A stretch of DNA of 40,867 nt from contig JAYUEN010000270.1 of assembly GCA_043739185.1 (NCBI GenBank), positions 1-40,867 of the forward strand. Direction: 5' to 3'. The notes beneath the pieces were generated by a model. That model made no database searches and had not been told where the DNA came from. It saw only the letters and a list, made by a program, of their open reading frames with translations. Numbering within the stretch: the stretch's first letter is position 1; each line of letters opens with the position of its first letter. This document shows, in pieces, positions 9,861-19,011 of the stretch. A program made the translations under genes and the position numbers. The stretch is from Bdellovibrionales bacterium. GTDB lineage: Bacteria > Bdellovibrionota > Bdellovibrionia > Bdellovibrionales > JAMPXM01.

Positions 9861-10143
9861 GAGGGAGAGAAACTGGCGATCTTTTTTACTATGCAAAAAT
9901 TTTGTATTTTTTCGAAACAATCTAGGTAGCTTTTACGCCTTCATACCCAAACTGAAAACTAATTCGACAAGAACGAAAACTTCGTTCTCAATTGGAGATT
10001 TCGAAAAAGTGATGAAATTCTCGTTTTTATACATTCTCGCTTTACTATTTGAGACCAATATTGTTTCAATAAGGAGTGCCTGCTTTTTCTGTCGTGATTC
10101 AAGGGGGCTGCGTCTCAATTTAGTAACTTTTGTTAAGGAAAAA

Positions 10144-10650
10144 ATGATTTTAACCAATGCTGAGTTTCTAGCCTTTATCTATCCTAAAATATTTTTTGCG
10201 GTCTTCACTGGTTCTATTATTGGCTTTGAAAGAGCAGCTCGAAGGGCAGCTGCAGGCTTTAAGACGCATATTTTAATTTGTTTAGGAGCCATGATCTATA
10301 CAACCGTACCCGTAATTTTAAAGGGTGAAGGACAAATGTTTGACCAACACGTCATCGCTCAAATTGTAACAGGAATTGGTTTTTTAGGTGCTGGCGCCAT
10401 TATTCGAAATAATGACCATTCAAAACAAGTTCAGGGACTCACAACTGCCGCCGATATTTGGTTGGTGGCGGCACTCGGAATTTTGGTTGGTTTGGGATTC
10501 GGATGGTCAGTCGTTTTAATTTCTGCAACTGTGGTTTCAATAACGGTTACTTCTCGGGCCATTGAAAAACGCTTTTTGGGAAGACACAAACATGGTGCCA
10601 TTTATGGGGGCTCAGATATCGAAGAAACGAATCCAACCTTTAAGGACTAG
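10144..10650 (+). CDS. MgtC/SapB family membrane protein
   Basis: IIGFER, AGFKTH, AQIVTGIGFLGAGAI and GLTTAA motifs. ATG 10144 follows AAGGA. Confidence 0.9.
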   Translation: MILTNAEFLAFIYPKIFFAVFTGSIIGFERAARRAAAGFKTHILICLGAMIYTTVPVILKGEGQMFDQHVIAQIVTGIGFLGAGAIIRNNDHSKQVQGLTTAADIWLVAALGILVGLGFGWSVVLISATVVSITVTSRAIEKRFLGRHKHGAIYGGSDIEETNPTFKD

Positions 10651-10673
10651 CTTCGAGCCGAATTTGTTTCAAA

Positions 10674-11336
10674 TTAAAATTTAATTTTATAGTCATCAAA
10701 TCTGTATATTTTTGATTTTAATAATTTAACATCTTGCTCATCGTGACTCACGACCAGAGTCGGAATTTTCATTTTTTCAAGCCAAAGCGCCAATTTGGGT
10801 AAAAGCAGTTCCCGTGCCTTGGCATCGAGCGCTGAAAAGGCCTCATCTAGCAAAAGAAGTCGAGGGTGAGTGGCAATAGCGCGGGCAAGTGCTACTCTTT
10901 GTTTCTGTCCTCCGGATATTTGGTCACATCTTCTTTCAAGTAGGTCTCCAATTTGAAATAATTCATGCGCCTCTTCTAGACGTCGCAATTTTTCAGATTC
11001 AGTTAAATTTTGTATCCCATAAAGAATATTTTCGCGAATATTTTTAAACCTAAATAGGCACTCCTTCTGAGGTACAAAACCAATTTGACGACGAAAGCTT
11101 GGGAGAAATATTTGTGAATTGGCGCTTTGCCAATACTCATTATTAAATTCGATTGTACTCTGACTATTGGCAATGCTGCCTAAGAGAATTTTTAAAAGGC
11201 TTGATTTGCCACAGCCTGAGGGGCCAAAGATCGACTTAATCAGGTGAGGGGGCTCAAACTCTAAGGAGCCACCGGCTTTTAGCAGAATTTGATCGCTTAA
11301 TCTATGTGCTATTTCAAAATTCAAAATGCTTTTCAT
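10674..11336 (-). CDS. modC: Molybdate ABC transporter ATPase (short, no TOBE domain)
   Basis: GPSGCGKS, ISGGQKQRVALARA, LLLDEAFSALD; follows modB. Confidence 0.85.
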   Translation of the reverse strand: MKSILNFEIAHRLSDQILLKAGGSLEFEPPHLIKSIFGPSGCGKSSLLKILLGSIANSQSTIEFNNEYWQSANSQIFLPSFRRQIGFVPQKECLFRFKNIRENILYGIQNLTESEKLRRLEEAHELFQIGDLLERRCDQISGGQKQRVALARAIATHPRLLLLDEAFSALDAKARELLLPKLALWLEKMKIPTLVVSHDEQDVKLLKSKIYRFDDYKIKF

Positions 11337-11965
11337 TTGCGCGCAACTTCATTTTTATCTTTAAAGTAATTAATTAAAACCAAAATGAAAAAACTAAAAG
11401 CCAGCAAAAATATCGAAGTTCTTTTCGCCGATTCAAAATCAAGAGCTTGAACTTGGTCATAGATCGCAATCGAAAGAGTGCGTGTTTGTCCGCGAATATT
11501 GCCGCCGATCATTAAGACCACGCCAAATTCACCAAGAGTATGAGCAAAACTTAAAAGAGTGCCGGCAATGATTGAATTTTTCGCCATTGGCAGAGCGACT
11601 CGAAAAAAACTCTTTGTGGCCGAATCACCTAAGCTAGCAGACACTTCAAAATACTCAGCTTCAATAGTTTTAAAACCGGCAACAAAACTTTGAAAGGCAA
11701 AAGAAAAGCTATAAATAATCGAACCAACTAAAAGGCCCGCAAAACTAAATGCCCAGCCAATTGAACTCAAAGATATGAGAAGATAAAAACCTAAAACACT
11801 TGGTGGTAAAACAATTGGGAGTAGTAAAATGGATTCAAGAAGCTTGATCCAGCTAGACCTTGAGCGCGCAAACATATATGAAATTGGCAGGCCTATTACG
11901 AGTACGATAAGACTTGTCAGAAATGCCAATCTTAAACTCAGGTAAAGAGCATCGATTTCAATCAT
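11333..11965 (-). CDS. modB: Molybdate ABC transporter permease
   Basis: LPIVLPPSVLGFYLL and FAHTLGEFGVVLMIGGNI. Confidence 0.93.
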   Translation of the reverse strand: MIEIDALYLSLRLAFLTSLIVLVIGLPISYMFARSRSSWIKLLESILLLPIVLPPSVLGFYLLISLSSIGWAFSFAGLLVGSIIYSFSFAFQSFVAGFKTIEAEYFEVSASLGDSATKSFFRVALPMAKNSIIAGTLLSFAHTLGEFGVVLMIGGNIRGQTRTLSIAIYDQVQALDFESAKRTSIFLLAFSFFILVLINYFKDKNEVARK

Positions 11966-12714
11966 TGAACTGAGTTGAATCCATTAGCTCTAAAGATTTC
12001 TTGAGCGGCGGGGCTCAATACATACTTTGAAAACTTAAGGCTCGCATCATTGGGTAGCTTTTTCTTTAAAACTACAAAAGACTGTTTAAGTGGATGATAA
12101 AGTTTATTTTCAACTTCTTGGCAGTGAAAGTTTTGCGCTTGTTTGGAGTATAAAAGTGCTTTTGAAATGAGACCACCCTTTGCTCCATTGCTCAGAATAA
12201 ATTGTGCGGCTTGAGAAACATTTTCGCCAAAGACCAGTTTTACTTTTAACTGATCGTAAATTTTTGCAGACTTAAGGCTTTCAAGTGCAATGCCGCCGTA
12301 AGGTGCGTGCTCAGGATTGGCAATTGCGATTTTGTTAAATTCATTCTTCGTAAAATCCTGCAGCTTTTCAGCGCCACAAAAAACCAAAATTCCTTCTGCA
12401 TATTGTTTTGGAGGTCCATTGGTAAGTTTTGCTTTCTCTAATACTTCGGCGTATTGCGTATCGGCTGAGAAAAACATATCAAAATCTGCACCACTTTCAA
12501 TTTGCGAAACAAAATTACCGCTTGAGCCATAGTTTTCAGAAAAATTGATATCAGGATTTTCTTTTTTAAATTGCAAGACTAATTTTTGCATAACAAATTG
12601 TAGATCAGAGGCTGCGGCTATTTTGACAAATTTGCTGGCGCAAGCATCGGGCTTAATAAAAAACATTGAAATAATCAGGGCCCCAACCAAATTGGCCCCA
12701 AGATGCCTAAACAT
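11962..12714 (-). CDS. modA: Molybdate-binding periplasmic protein
   Basis: AAASDL, YGSSG, DMFFSAD, IAIANPEHAPYG and GENVSQA. Confidence 0.93.
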   Translation of the reverse strand: MFRHLGANLVGALIISMFFIKPDACASKFVKIAAASDLQFVMQKLVLQFKKENPDINFSENYGSSGNFVSQIESGADFDMFFSADTQYAEVLEKAKLTNGPPKQYAEGILVFCGAEKLQDFTKNEFNKIAIANPEHAPYGGIALESLKSAKIYDQLKVKLVFGENVSQAAQFILSNGAKGGLISKALLYSKQAQNFHCQEVENKLYHPLKQSFVVLKKKLPNDASLKFSKYVLSPAAQEIFRANGFNSVQ

Positions 12715-13165
12715 TTAGACTTTCATTTGAATGTGAACAAAGTGCGTGGCCCTTAAGCCAAGCGCTATTGCCGTCTTCATAATGCTCCATTTTCCAGATG
12801 GGGGCGCGGTTTTTAAGTTCTTCAATGATATATCGATTTGCCTTAAAAGCTTCATCGCGATGTTTTGAAGAAACAATGATCGCAACACTTAAGTCCCCCA
12901 CGTCGAGGCGACCGATGCGATGCCAGAGTTGAATTTGCAAATCTGAGCCGAAGCGAGCCTGAGCTTCTCTGCAAATTTTCTCAAATTCTTTATGGGCAAG
13001 TGGGGCAAAAGCATCATAGCTCACGCCCAATACTTTTTTCCCGTGATTGTGATTTCGGACGATGCCAGAGAAAACACTTTGCGCGCCATGTGAACTAGGG
13101 GTTTGAAGATCTAAGAGGTCGATCAGGCTGAATTTATTTTTTTGAATGCGGACATCAATCATCAA
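12707..13165 (-). CDS. moaE: Molybdopterin synthase catalytic subunit
   Basis: FSGIVRN, HRIGRL, HRDEAF and ELKNRAPIWKME. Confidence 0.95.
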   Translation of the reverse strand: MMIDVRIQKNKFSLIDLLDLQTPSSHGAQSVFSGIVRNHNHGKKVLGVSYDAFAPLAHKEFEKICREAQARFGSDLQIQLWHRIGRLDVGDLSVAIIVSSKHRDEAFKANRYIIEELKNRAPIWKMEHYEDGNSAWLKGHALCSHSNESLNV

Positions 13166-14433
13166 ACTAAAGCCTCGCTAGTATTTGAATGTTGATAGTA
13201 AACTTGAATTAAACTTTTGGCTTCTGCCCCTTCAGAGCCTTCCTCTAAAATTGCCCAGGCATCGGCCTTAAGTAAACTTGAAAGTATTGAAGACATTTGC
13301 CCTTCAAGAATTTCGACCTCTGGCGGAGTCTGAGAAAGATCAAGCTTAGCTTTTAAAAAACATTTAAGCCCCCGGGGCTTTTCGTAAAGCTTTTTGATTC
13401 GAGCAAAAATTGGTTTTTCGAGCTTTTGTGAATAAAGGCTCCTTAAATAATTCTCTATAAAAAATCTGAGTCCAACGACACTTGAAATTGGATTTCCGGG
13501 AAGCGAGAATATTACGGGTCCATTTTGTAGCTCGGCAAACAAAATTGGTTTACCTGGCCGAATGGCCACCTTATGAAAATAAATTTTACTATTGAGCGTC
13601 TTAAGTACTTCGGGGATATAATCATATTGGCCCATCGAAACGGCCCCGGTAGTGAGTATAAGATCAAATGAATTGATTTTGGGGCTTAAAATTAGCTTTG
13701 CGAAATCTTCCGGCTGGTCTTCTTTTAAATGAAAGCACTCGGTAGTTGCTCCCAATTGTTCTAATGCTAATTTTAAAAAGACTTGAGAGGAATTGCGAAT
13801 CTGATTTGTTTTTGGAGTCTCTTCAAAATGCACGAGTTCTTTACCAGTGGCTATGAGTGCAATATGAAGTGGAGCATAAACTTTTACCGAAGCAATTCCG
13901 AAGGCTGCCAAGGCTAGTAAATCTTCGGCCGCAAGTTTTTGTCCTTTTAAGATAATGCGAGCATTTTTCACAAAGTCTCCGCCGGCAGGGCGTAGATGCT
14001 TTTGGGTTTCAATCGGCTCATATATTGTCATTTTTTGAGCCTGACCCAAATGATCGCGTTCGACTTTGCAATCCTCAATCTTAATGCAGGCATCAAAGTT
14101 CTTCGGAAAAGCAGCTCCGGTCATAATTTCAAAAGCCATATTTTTAAGGAGCAAAGCTCGCTCTGGTTCGTTGTAATCGCCTGCTGCGATTGATCCCAGG
14201 ACTTTGAATTCTACTGGCTGAGTTTGGCTTGCAGCTTGAGTATCTTGAGACCTAACTGCAAAACCATCCATTGCTGAATTATCAAAGCTAGGCATGGCTT
14301 CAGGAGCTAAAATATCTTCGGCAGCAATTCGTCCCATTGCTTTGAGCAAATAAATAACTTCTGTTTTTAAAGTACTGCGTTTGGCAATGGCGACTTCACA
14401 GATCTGATTGATCGCTTCACTATATTTTATCAT
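13162..14433 (-). CDS. moeA: Molybdopterin molybdotransferase
   Basis: FDNSAMDGFAVR, IMTGA, TTGAVSMG, IRPGKP and LPGNPISS. Start set to MIKYSE. Confidence 0.95.
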   Translation of the reverse strand: MIKYSEAINQICEVAIAKRSTLKTEVIYLLKAMGRIAAEDILAPEAMPSFDNSAMDGFAVRSQDTQAASQTQPVEFKVLGSIAAGDYNEPERALLLKNMAFEIMTGAAFPKNFDACIKIEDCKVERDHLGQAQKMTIYEPIETQKHLRPAGGDFVKNARIILKGQKLAAEDLLALAAFGIASVKVYAPLHIALIATGKELVHFEETPKTNQIRNSSQVFLKLALEQLGATTECFHLKEDQPEDFAKLILSPKINSFDLILTTGAVSMGQYDYIPEVLKTLNSKIYFHKVAIRPGKPILFAELQNGPVIFSLPGNPISSVVGLRFFIENYLRSLYSQKLEKPIFARIKKLYEKPRGLKCFLKAKLDLSQTPPEVEILEGQMSSILSSLLKADAWAILEEGSEGAEAKSLIQVYYQHSNTSEALV

Positions 14434-15442
14434 GATTGCCGCCTGAAATAGTATGAAGAGCATGCTTTAATATCGGAAGCAAAACATCAAGCGCCTCAGC
14501 ACAGGCCTTTGGACTTCCTGGCAGAGCTATAACAAGAGTATCCTTAATGATACAAGCGGTAGACCTACTGAGCCATGCAGTCGCAATATGTTCGGAGCCA
14601 CTTTTTCGCAAAAGCTCTCCAAAGCCAGGAATGTGGCGGGTTGAAATAGCTTCGATGGCTTCAGGAGTGACATCTCGGGGACTAAGCCCTGTCCCGCCTG
14701 TGCAAATTATGAGCTGCGCATTTTGAGTTTCAACTGAATTTAAAATGAATTTTTGAATTTCCTTTTGATCATCTTTAACGCAAGCATGGTTTAAAATGTT
14801 TGCACCTTCTAATCTGAGTCGATCAACTAAGTATGGGCCAGATTTGTCTGGGCTTTGGCCGCTTGAAGCTCGATCGCTAATGGTGAGTACAACTACAGGG
14901 ACCTCATTAAGCCTGAGCATTGGTGAAACTTGGCTTGTGCTTGATTCAGAGTGAAAATTGGGATTGGTCCAGACTCCAGATTTTCCGCCTTCTTTGAAAT
15001 TAAGGCGGATATTTTTAATTTCGATTACAGGATCGACTGCTTTTGAGAGATCATAAATAGTAAGTAAAGCGCCATTGATTCCGCAAAGGGCCTCCATCTC
15101 GACGCCTGTTTGGGCCGTGGTGCGCACTTCACAAAAAACTTGAATACTAAAATTAGCATCAAGCAATTGAAATCTAAAATGAACCGAGTGAAGTGGCAAG
15201 GGATGGCATAGCGGAATCAAATCACTGGTTTTTTTTGCAGCCATAATGCCAGCTGCTTCAGCCAAAGCCAGCACATTACCTTTTGGGTTGCGATTTTCTT
15301 TTAATGCTAAAAAGGACTGTTTTGATAATTGAATTTCACCTTGCGCCTCAGCTCTTCGTCTGGTCGATGCCTTAAGGCCCACATCAATCATATGAAATGA
15401 CGAATTATCCGCCCATGCTTGAGAAACTGAAGTTGTTTCCAT
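14420..15442 (-). CDS. moaCB: MoaC-MoaB/MogA fusion protein
   Basis: N-half has [13 protein letters not shown] and TGVEMEAL (MoaC). C-half has [20 protein letters not shown] and LPGSPKA (MoaB/Mog). Confidence 0.92.
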   Translation of the reverse strand: METTSVSQAWADNSSFHMIDVGLKASTRRRAEAQGEIQLSKQSFLALKENRNPKGNVLALAEAAGIMAAKKTSDLIPLCHPLPLHSVHFRFQLLDANFSIQVFCEVRTTAQTGVEMEALCGINGALLTIYDLSKAVDPVIEIKNIRLNFKEGGKSGVWTNPNFHSESSTSQVSPMLRLNEVPVVVLTISDRASSGQSPDKSGPYLVDRLRLEGANILNHACVKDDQKEIQKFILNSVETQNAQLIICTGGTGLSPRDVTPEAIEAISTRHIPGFGELLRKSGSEHIATAWLSRSTACIIKDTLVIALPGSPKACAEALDVLLPILKHALHTISGGNHDKI

Positions 15443-16391
15443 ATTTTTCCTCTGATAAGTAATGTGATATTTCTTTTTTCTGAAGAAGCGAAAAAAGTCT
15501 CAATTGGAGTTCTTCTTTTTGATCAGGCGATTGCAATAAATCTCTGAGAGAATAGTTGCCCTCCCCAAATAAGCACAAGCGCAAGGCACCTTGGCTGGTT
15601 ACTCTTAGGCGATTGCAATTGCCGCAAAAGTCTTTTTCGTAAGGAGCGATAAAGCCCATTTGGCCCCGATAATCCGGATGCGCATATTCTTCAGCAGGTC
15701 CTGCATTCATTTCTCTTGGCTTTAATTTCCAGCCACGACTCTTGAGATCTTCCTTTAAAAATTGCGAGTTAATATGATGGGCTTTAAACAATAAATTATT
15801 TTGCAAAGTAGGCATGAGTTCAATAAATCGAATAGTAAGCGGAGCCGTTTTTGCCCAGTTTAAAAATGAAACATAAGACTTATCATTTAAATCTTTCATC
15901 AGAACAACATTGATCTTAATAGCTGCAAAATTATAGCTAAAAGCCTCTTCGATGGCGCAGGTGATCTCATTCAACTGGCTTGAACCAGTCATTTTCAAAA
16001 ACACTGCAGGATCTAAACTGTCGAGGCTAATATTGAGATATTGAATTCCGGCCCTTTGAAGTTCAGGGAGTAAGGATTTTAATTTAAAGGCGTTGGTTGA
16101 GAGTGCAATCTTTTCGATCCCCGGAGTATCGCGTACGATTTTCGCAATTTCTAAAAAATCAGGTCGAAGTGTTGGCTCGCCGCCGGTTAATCGCAATTTT
16201 GTCGTACCAAGTTCAGCAAAACAGCTGACTAAGTTTTGAATTTCACTCAAGCTTAAAAAAGCTGCTTCGTTTGGCTTTTTTTTATAGCCATTCGGTAGGC
16301 AGTAGGTACACCTAAAATTGCAGGCTTCAATCACAGATAATCGCAAATAAGAAAAGCGCCTGCCGAAGGAGTCTCGCAAATTGTGCATCAT
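15405..16391 (-). CDS. moaA: GTP 3',8-cyclase (radical SAM)
   Basis: CNFRCTYC, LTGGEP, FCGNCNRLR...LCL and a C-terminal MGG. Confidence 0.97.
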   Translation of the reverse strand: MMHNLRDSFGRRFSYLRLSVIEACNFRCTYCLPNGYKKKPNEAAFLSLSEIQNLVSCFAELGTTKLRLTGGEPTLRPDFLEIAKIVRDTPGIEKIALSTNAFKLKSLLPELQRAGIQYLNISLDSLDPAVFLKMTGSSQLNEITCAIEEAFSYNFAAIKINVVLMKDLNDKSYVSFLNWAKTAPLTIRFIELMPTLQNNLLFKAHHINSQFLKEDLKSRGWKLKPREMNAGPAEEYAHPDYRGQMGFIAPYEKDFCGNCNRLRVTSQGALRLCLFGEGNYSLRDLLQSPDQKEELQLRLFSLLQKKEISHYLSEEKYGNNFSFSSMGG

Positions 16392-16444
16392 TGAAAAATG
16401 ATAGCAATTGCATTCGATGTCAAGTTTGTAATAGCATCAATCTC

Positions 16445-17524
16445 ATGCAATTCTCTCAAGAAGAAAATGAGCGTTATCAAAGGCATTTTTCGCTTCCGCA
16501 GGTGGGAAGAGAAGGTCAGGCAAAGCTAAAGCGCGCTAAGCTTCTTATTGTTGGAGCGGGCGGGCTTGGCTGCCCAGCTGCCTTATATTTGGCAGCGGCT
16601 GGAGTTGGCGAGATCAGCTTAGTCGATTTCGATCAAGTAAAGCTATCAAATCTTCAAAGGCAAATTTTATTTTCAACAGATAGGCTTGGGAGCCTGAAAG
16701 TTGATGTGGCTAAATCTTCATTAGAGCAGCTTAATCCCAGTATTAAAATAAATGCGATTCCTCTGAAATTAACTAAATCAAATGCTGCGGAGCTCATTGA
16801 AGCTCATGATTTCATAATTGATGGAACAGACAACTTCGAAGCCAGATACCTCATAAATGATTTCTGTGTCGCAAATAAAAAGCCACTGGTTTTTGGCGCC
16901 ATTTATCGTTTTGACGGCCAAGTTTCAGTTTTTAATTTTGAAGGTGGCCCGTGTTATCGCTGCCTTTACCCAAAAGCTCCGCTGCTTGAAGCTGTTTCAA
17001 ATTGTAGCGAGGCAGGAGTTCTGGGTATCTTGCCCGGAATCATCGGCAGCCTCATGGCCAATGAAGCTCTGAAATTAATATTAGGAATTGGTCAAATCGC
17101 AAGTGGCCGAGTTTTACTTTTTGATTCTTTGAGATCTGAATTTTCTAAAAGAGAATTCAAATCCAAAATAGATTGTTCAGGTTGTGGTAAAGCGCCGCAC
17201 CTCATTCAGGAAGATAAACCACCAATCAAAGAATTATTTATAGATAAAATGAGCGCCTTAAGTGAGTATTTTGTTTTGGATGTGAGGGGTCCTGGTGAGT
17301 ATAAAGCAAAACATCTTTCAGGAGCTTTCAATATTTCTTTGGCGCAGTTGAGATCTCAGCTTACTCAAGTTCCAAATGAGCAAAATATTTTAGTTGTATG
17401 CAAGTCAGGAAAGCGCTCAAGAAGAGCCGCTGAGATTTTATTAGACTCAGGTTTTCAAAATGTTTATCAATTCGCTGGCGGACTTGATCGCATATCTGAT
17501 GAGAAAGGCTTTAAGTATGAATGA
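16445..17524 (+). CDS. moeB: Molybdopterin synthase adenylyltransferase fused to a rhodanese domain
   Basis: RYQRH, GAGGLG, SNLQRQ, CYRC and CSGC; C-terminal rhodanese (DVR, HLSGA, CKSGKRS). Start at MQFSQEE. Confidence 0.93.
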   Translation: MQFSQEENERYQRHFSLPQVGREGQAKLKRAKLLIVGAGGLGCPAALYLAAAGVGEISLVDFDQVKLSNLQRQILFSTDRLGSLKVDVAKSSLEQLNPSIKINAIPLKLTKSNAAELIEAHDFIIDGTDNFEARYLINDFCVANKKPLVFGAIYRFDGQVSVFNFEGGPCYRCLYPKAPLLEAVSNCSEAGVLGILPGIIGSLMANEALKLILGIGQIASGRVLLFDSLRSEFSKREFKSKIDCSGCGKAPHLIQEDKPPIKELFIDKMSALSEYFVLDVRGPGEYKAKHLSGAFNISLAQLRSQLTQVPNEQNILVVCKSGKRSRRAAEILLDSGFQNVYQFAGGLDRISDEKGFKYE

Positions 17525-17810
17525 AAAGTTTCAATGCAGTATTCAGCTATTTGGGGCCTTTCGAGACTGTGAAGAGTCAGGTCAAATTACAATTGAATTG
17601 ACCAATGGCAAAGCTGTTTCACAAATTAAGGCGGACATCTTATCGCAGTTAATGAGATCAGAGAATTCAACTATTGATCTTGAAAGCCTGGTGAGTTCTT
17701 CGGTACTTGCCACTGCAAACGAAATTCTTGGGGAGAATGACGTATTGAATTTAAGTAGTATGGGCGGGACCTTTGAGCTTGCTATACTTCCTCCGGTCTG
17801 TGGTGGTTAA
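17517..17810 (+). CDS. moaD: MoaD/ThiS sulfur carrier
   Basis: IQLFGAFRD and C-terminal LPPVCGG; overlaps the moeB stop. Confidence 0.88.
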   Translation: MNEKFQCSIQLFGAFRDCEESGQITIELTNGKAVSQIKADILSQLMRSENSTIDLESLVSSSVLATANEILGENDVLNLSSMGGTFELAILPPVCGG

Positions 17811-17833
17811 GTTTAGAATAAAAGAGAAATCAA

Positions 17834-18688
17834 ATGTCTTTTTCTAGCCAAAATATTGAAATTAAAAAATTTATTTCAGCTCGAGTTGAAAACAGGCAAG
17901 ACCTACTGGCAGTTGAAGAACCTCTAGAAATTCGTCTTGAATTTGAAGACTCAGAAGCAAACTGGCAGCAAAAATCAATTTCAATCACCATGAGAACTCC
18001 GGGGCACGACTTTGATTTGGCTTTGGGCTTTCTTTTTTCAGAAGGAATTATAAGAAGTACTAGTGATTTTGATAAAATCTCATATTGCGGTCCACCCGTA
18101 AAGCTTTTGGGTCACAGTAATATTGTAAAAATTAAGCTTGCTTAGGGGACAAAGCTTGAGCTTAAGAGTCTTGAAAGACATTTTTATACGAGTTCAAGCT
18201 GTGGGGTTTGTGGTAAATCATCAATTGAAGCGCTCAAAATTCAGAATAGCTTTGATCATTACGAAATTTATGATCCTAATTTGATTTTCAGCAAAGAACA
18301 AATAATCGGCCTTCCGGATCAATTGAAGTCAGCGCAAAGTATTTTCAATTCAACTGGCGGGCTTCATGCTTCAGGACTCTTCAATTCAAAGGCAGAGCTT
18401 ATCAGCGCTCGCGAGGACGTTGGTAGGCACAATGCTTTAGATAAAATTATTGGCCAGGCCTTTCAGAGCGGCCATTTGCCCTTGAATAAACATCTTTTAC
18501 TAGTGAGTGGCAGACTTAGTTATGAATTGGTTCAAAAGGCTTCGATGGCTGGGATTCAAATTTTAGCTGCAATTGGGGCCCCCTCAAGTCTTGCCTATGA
18601 ATTAGCTAAAGAGATGAAGTTGACTCTAATTGGGTTTTTACGTGATCAAAGCTTTAATGTTTATACAGGTTTTGAGCGCATCATATGA
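17834..18688 (+). pseudogene. fdhD: fdhD sulfurtransferase interrupted by a single in-frame TAG at 18143..18145
   Basis: N-part has EEPLEI, MRTPG and GFLFSEG. After the TAG the same frame continues GTKLELKSLERHFYTSSSCGVCGK...TGGLHA...REDVGRHNALDK...SGR...APSSLA. Confidence 0.85.
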
Positions 18689-19011
18689 ATATTCGATTTG
18701 ATAAAGAAAGCATCAGGGTTCGGCTTTTTCCTGACGACCTTAACTTATTACGAATTGAAAGCAATCTTTCAGAACATTTTATGATAGGCGACCAAGATTT
18801 TTCGCTTAAGATCTTTCTTGGTGAAACCCAAGCTAAATCAGATATTGCATTTGATAAATCTTGTTTCTTGCTTCAAATGCCAAGGCAATTGGTACTGGCT
18901 TGGATCAATAGCCATGAAGTTGAATTTGGCTTTGATCATTTAAATAGTAAACAAAAGAAGATTTTAATTTCGGTCGAAAAAGAACTAAAGCCAATGAAAG
19001 TTAAAAATTGA
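18685..19011 (+). CDS. Small hypothetical protein (resembles DUF7009-type proteins)
   Basis: MNIRFDKESIRVRL...ISVEKE; 4-nt overlaps with both neighbours. Confidence 0.7.
   Translation: MNIRFDKESIRVRLFPDDLNLLRIESNLSEHFMIGDQDFSLKIFLGETQAKSDIAFDKSCFLLQMPRQLVLAWINSHEVEFGFDHLNSKQKKILISVEKELKPMKVKN

Noticed and set aside
10049..10118. TTGAGAC...GTCTCAA inverted pair upstream of the MgtC-family gene
   Set aside because: The arms are only 7 bp with a long spacer, which is compatible with chance.
18143..18145. Selenocysteine or genome-wide TAG recoding
   Set aside because: The codon is TAG, not TGA, it is not at a catalytic Cys, and other genes here end normally in TAG.
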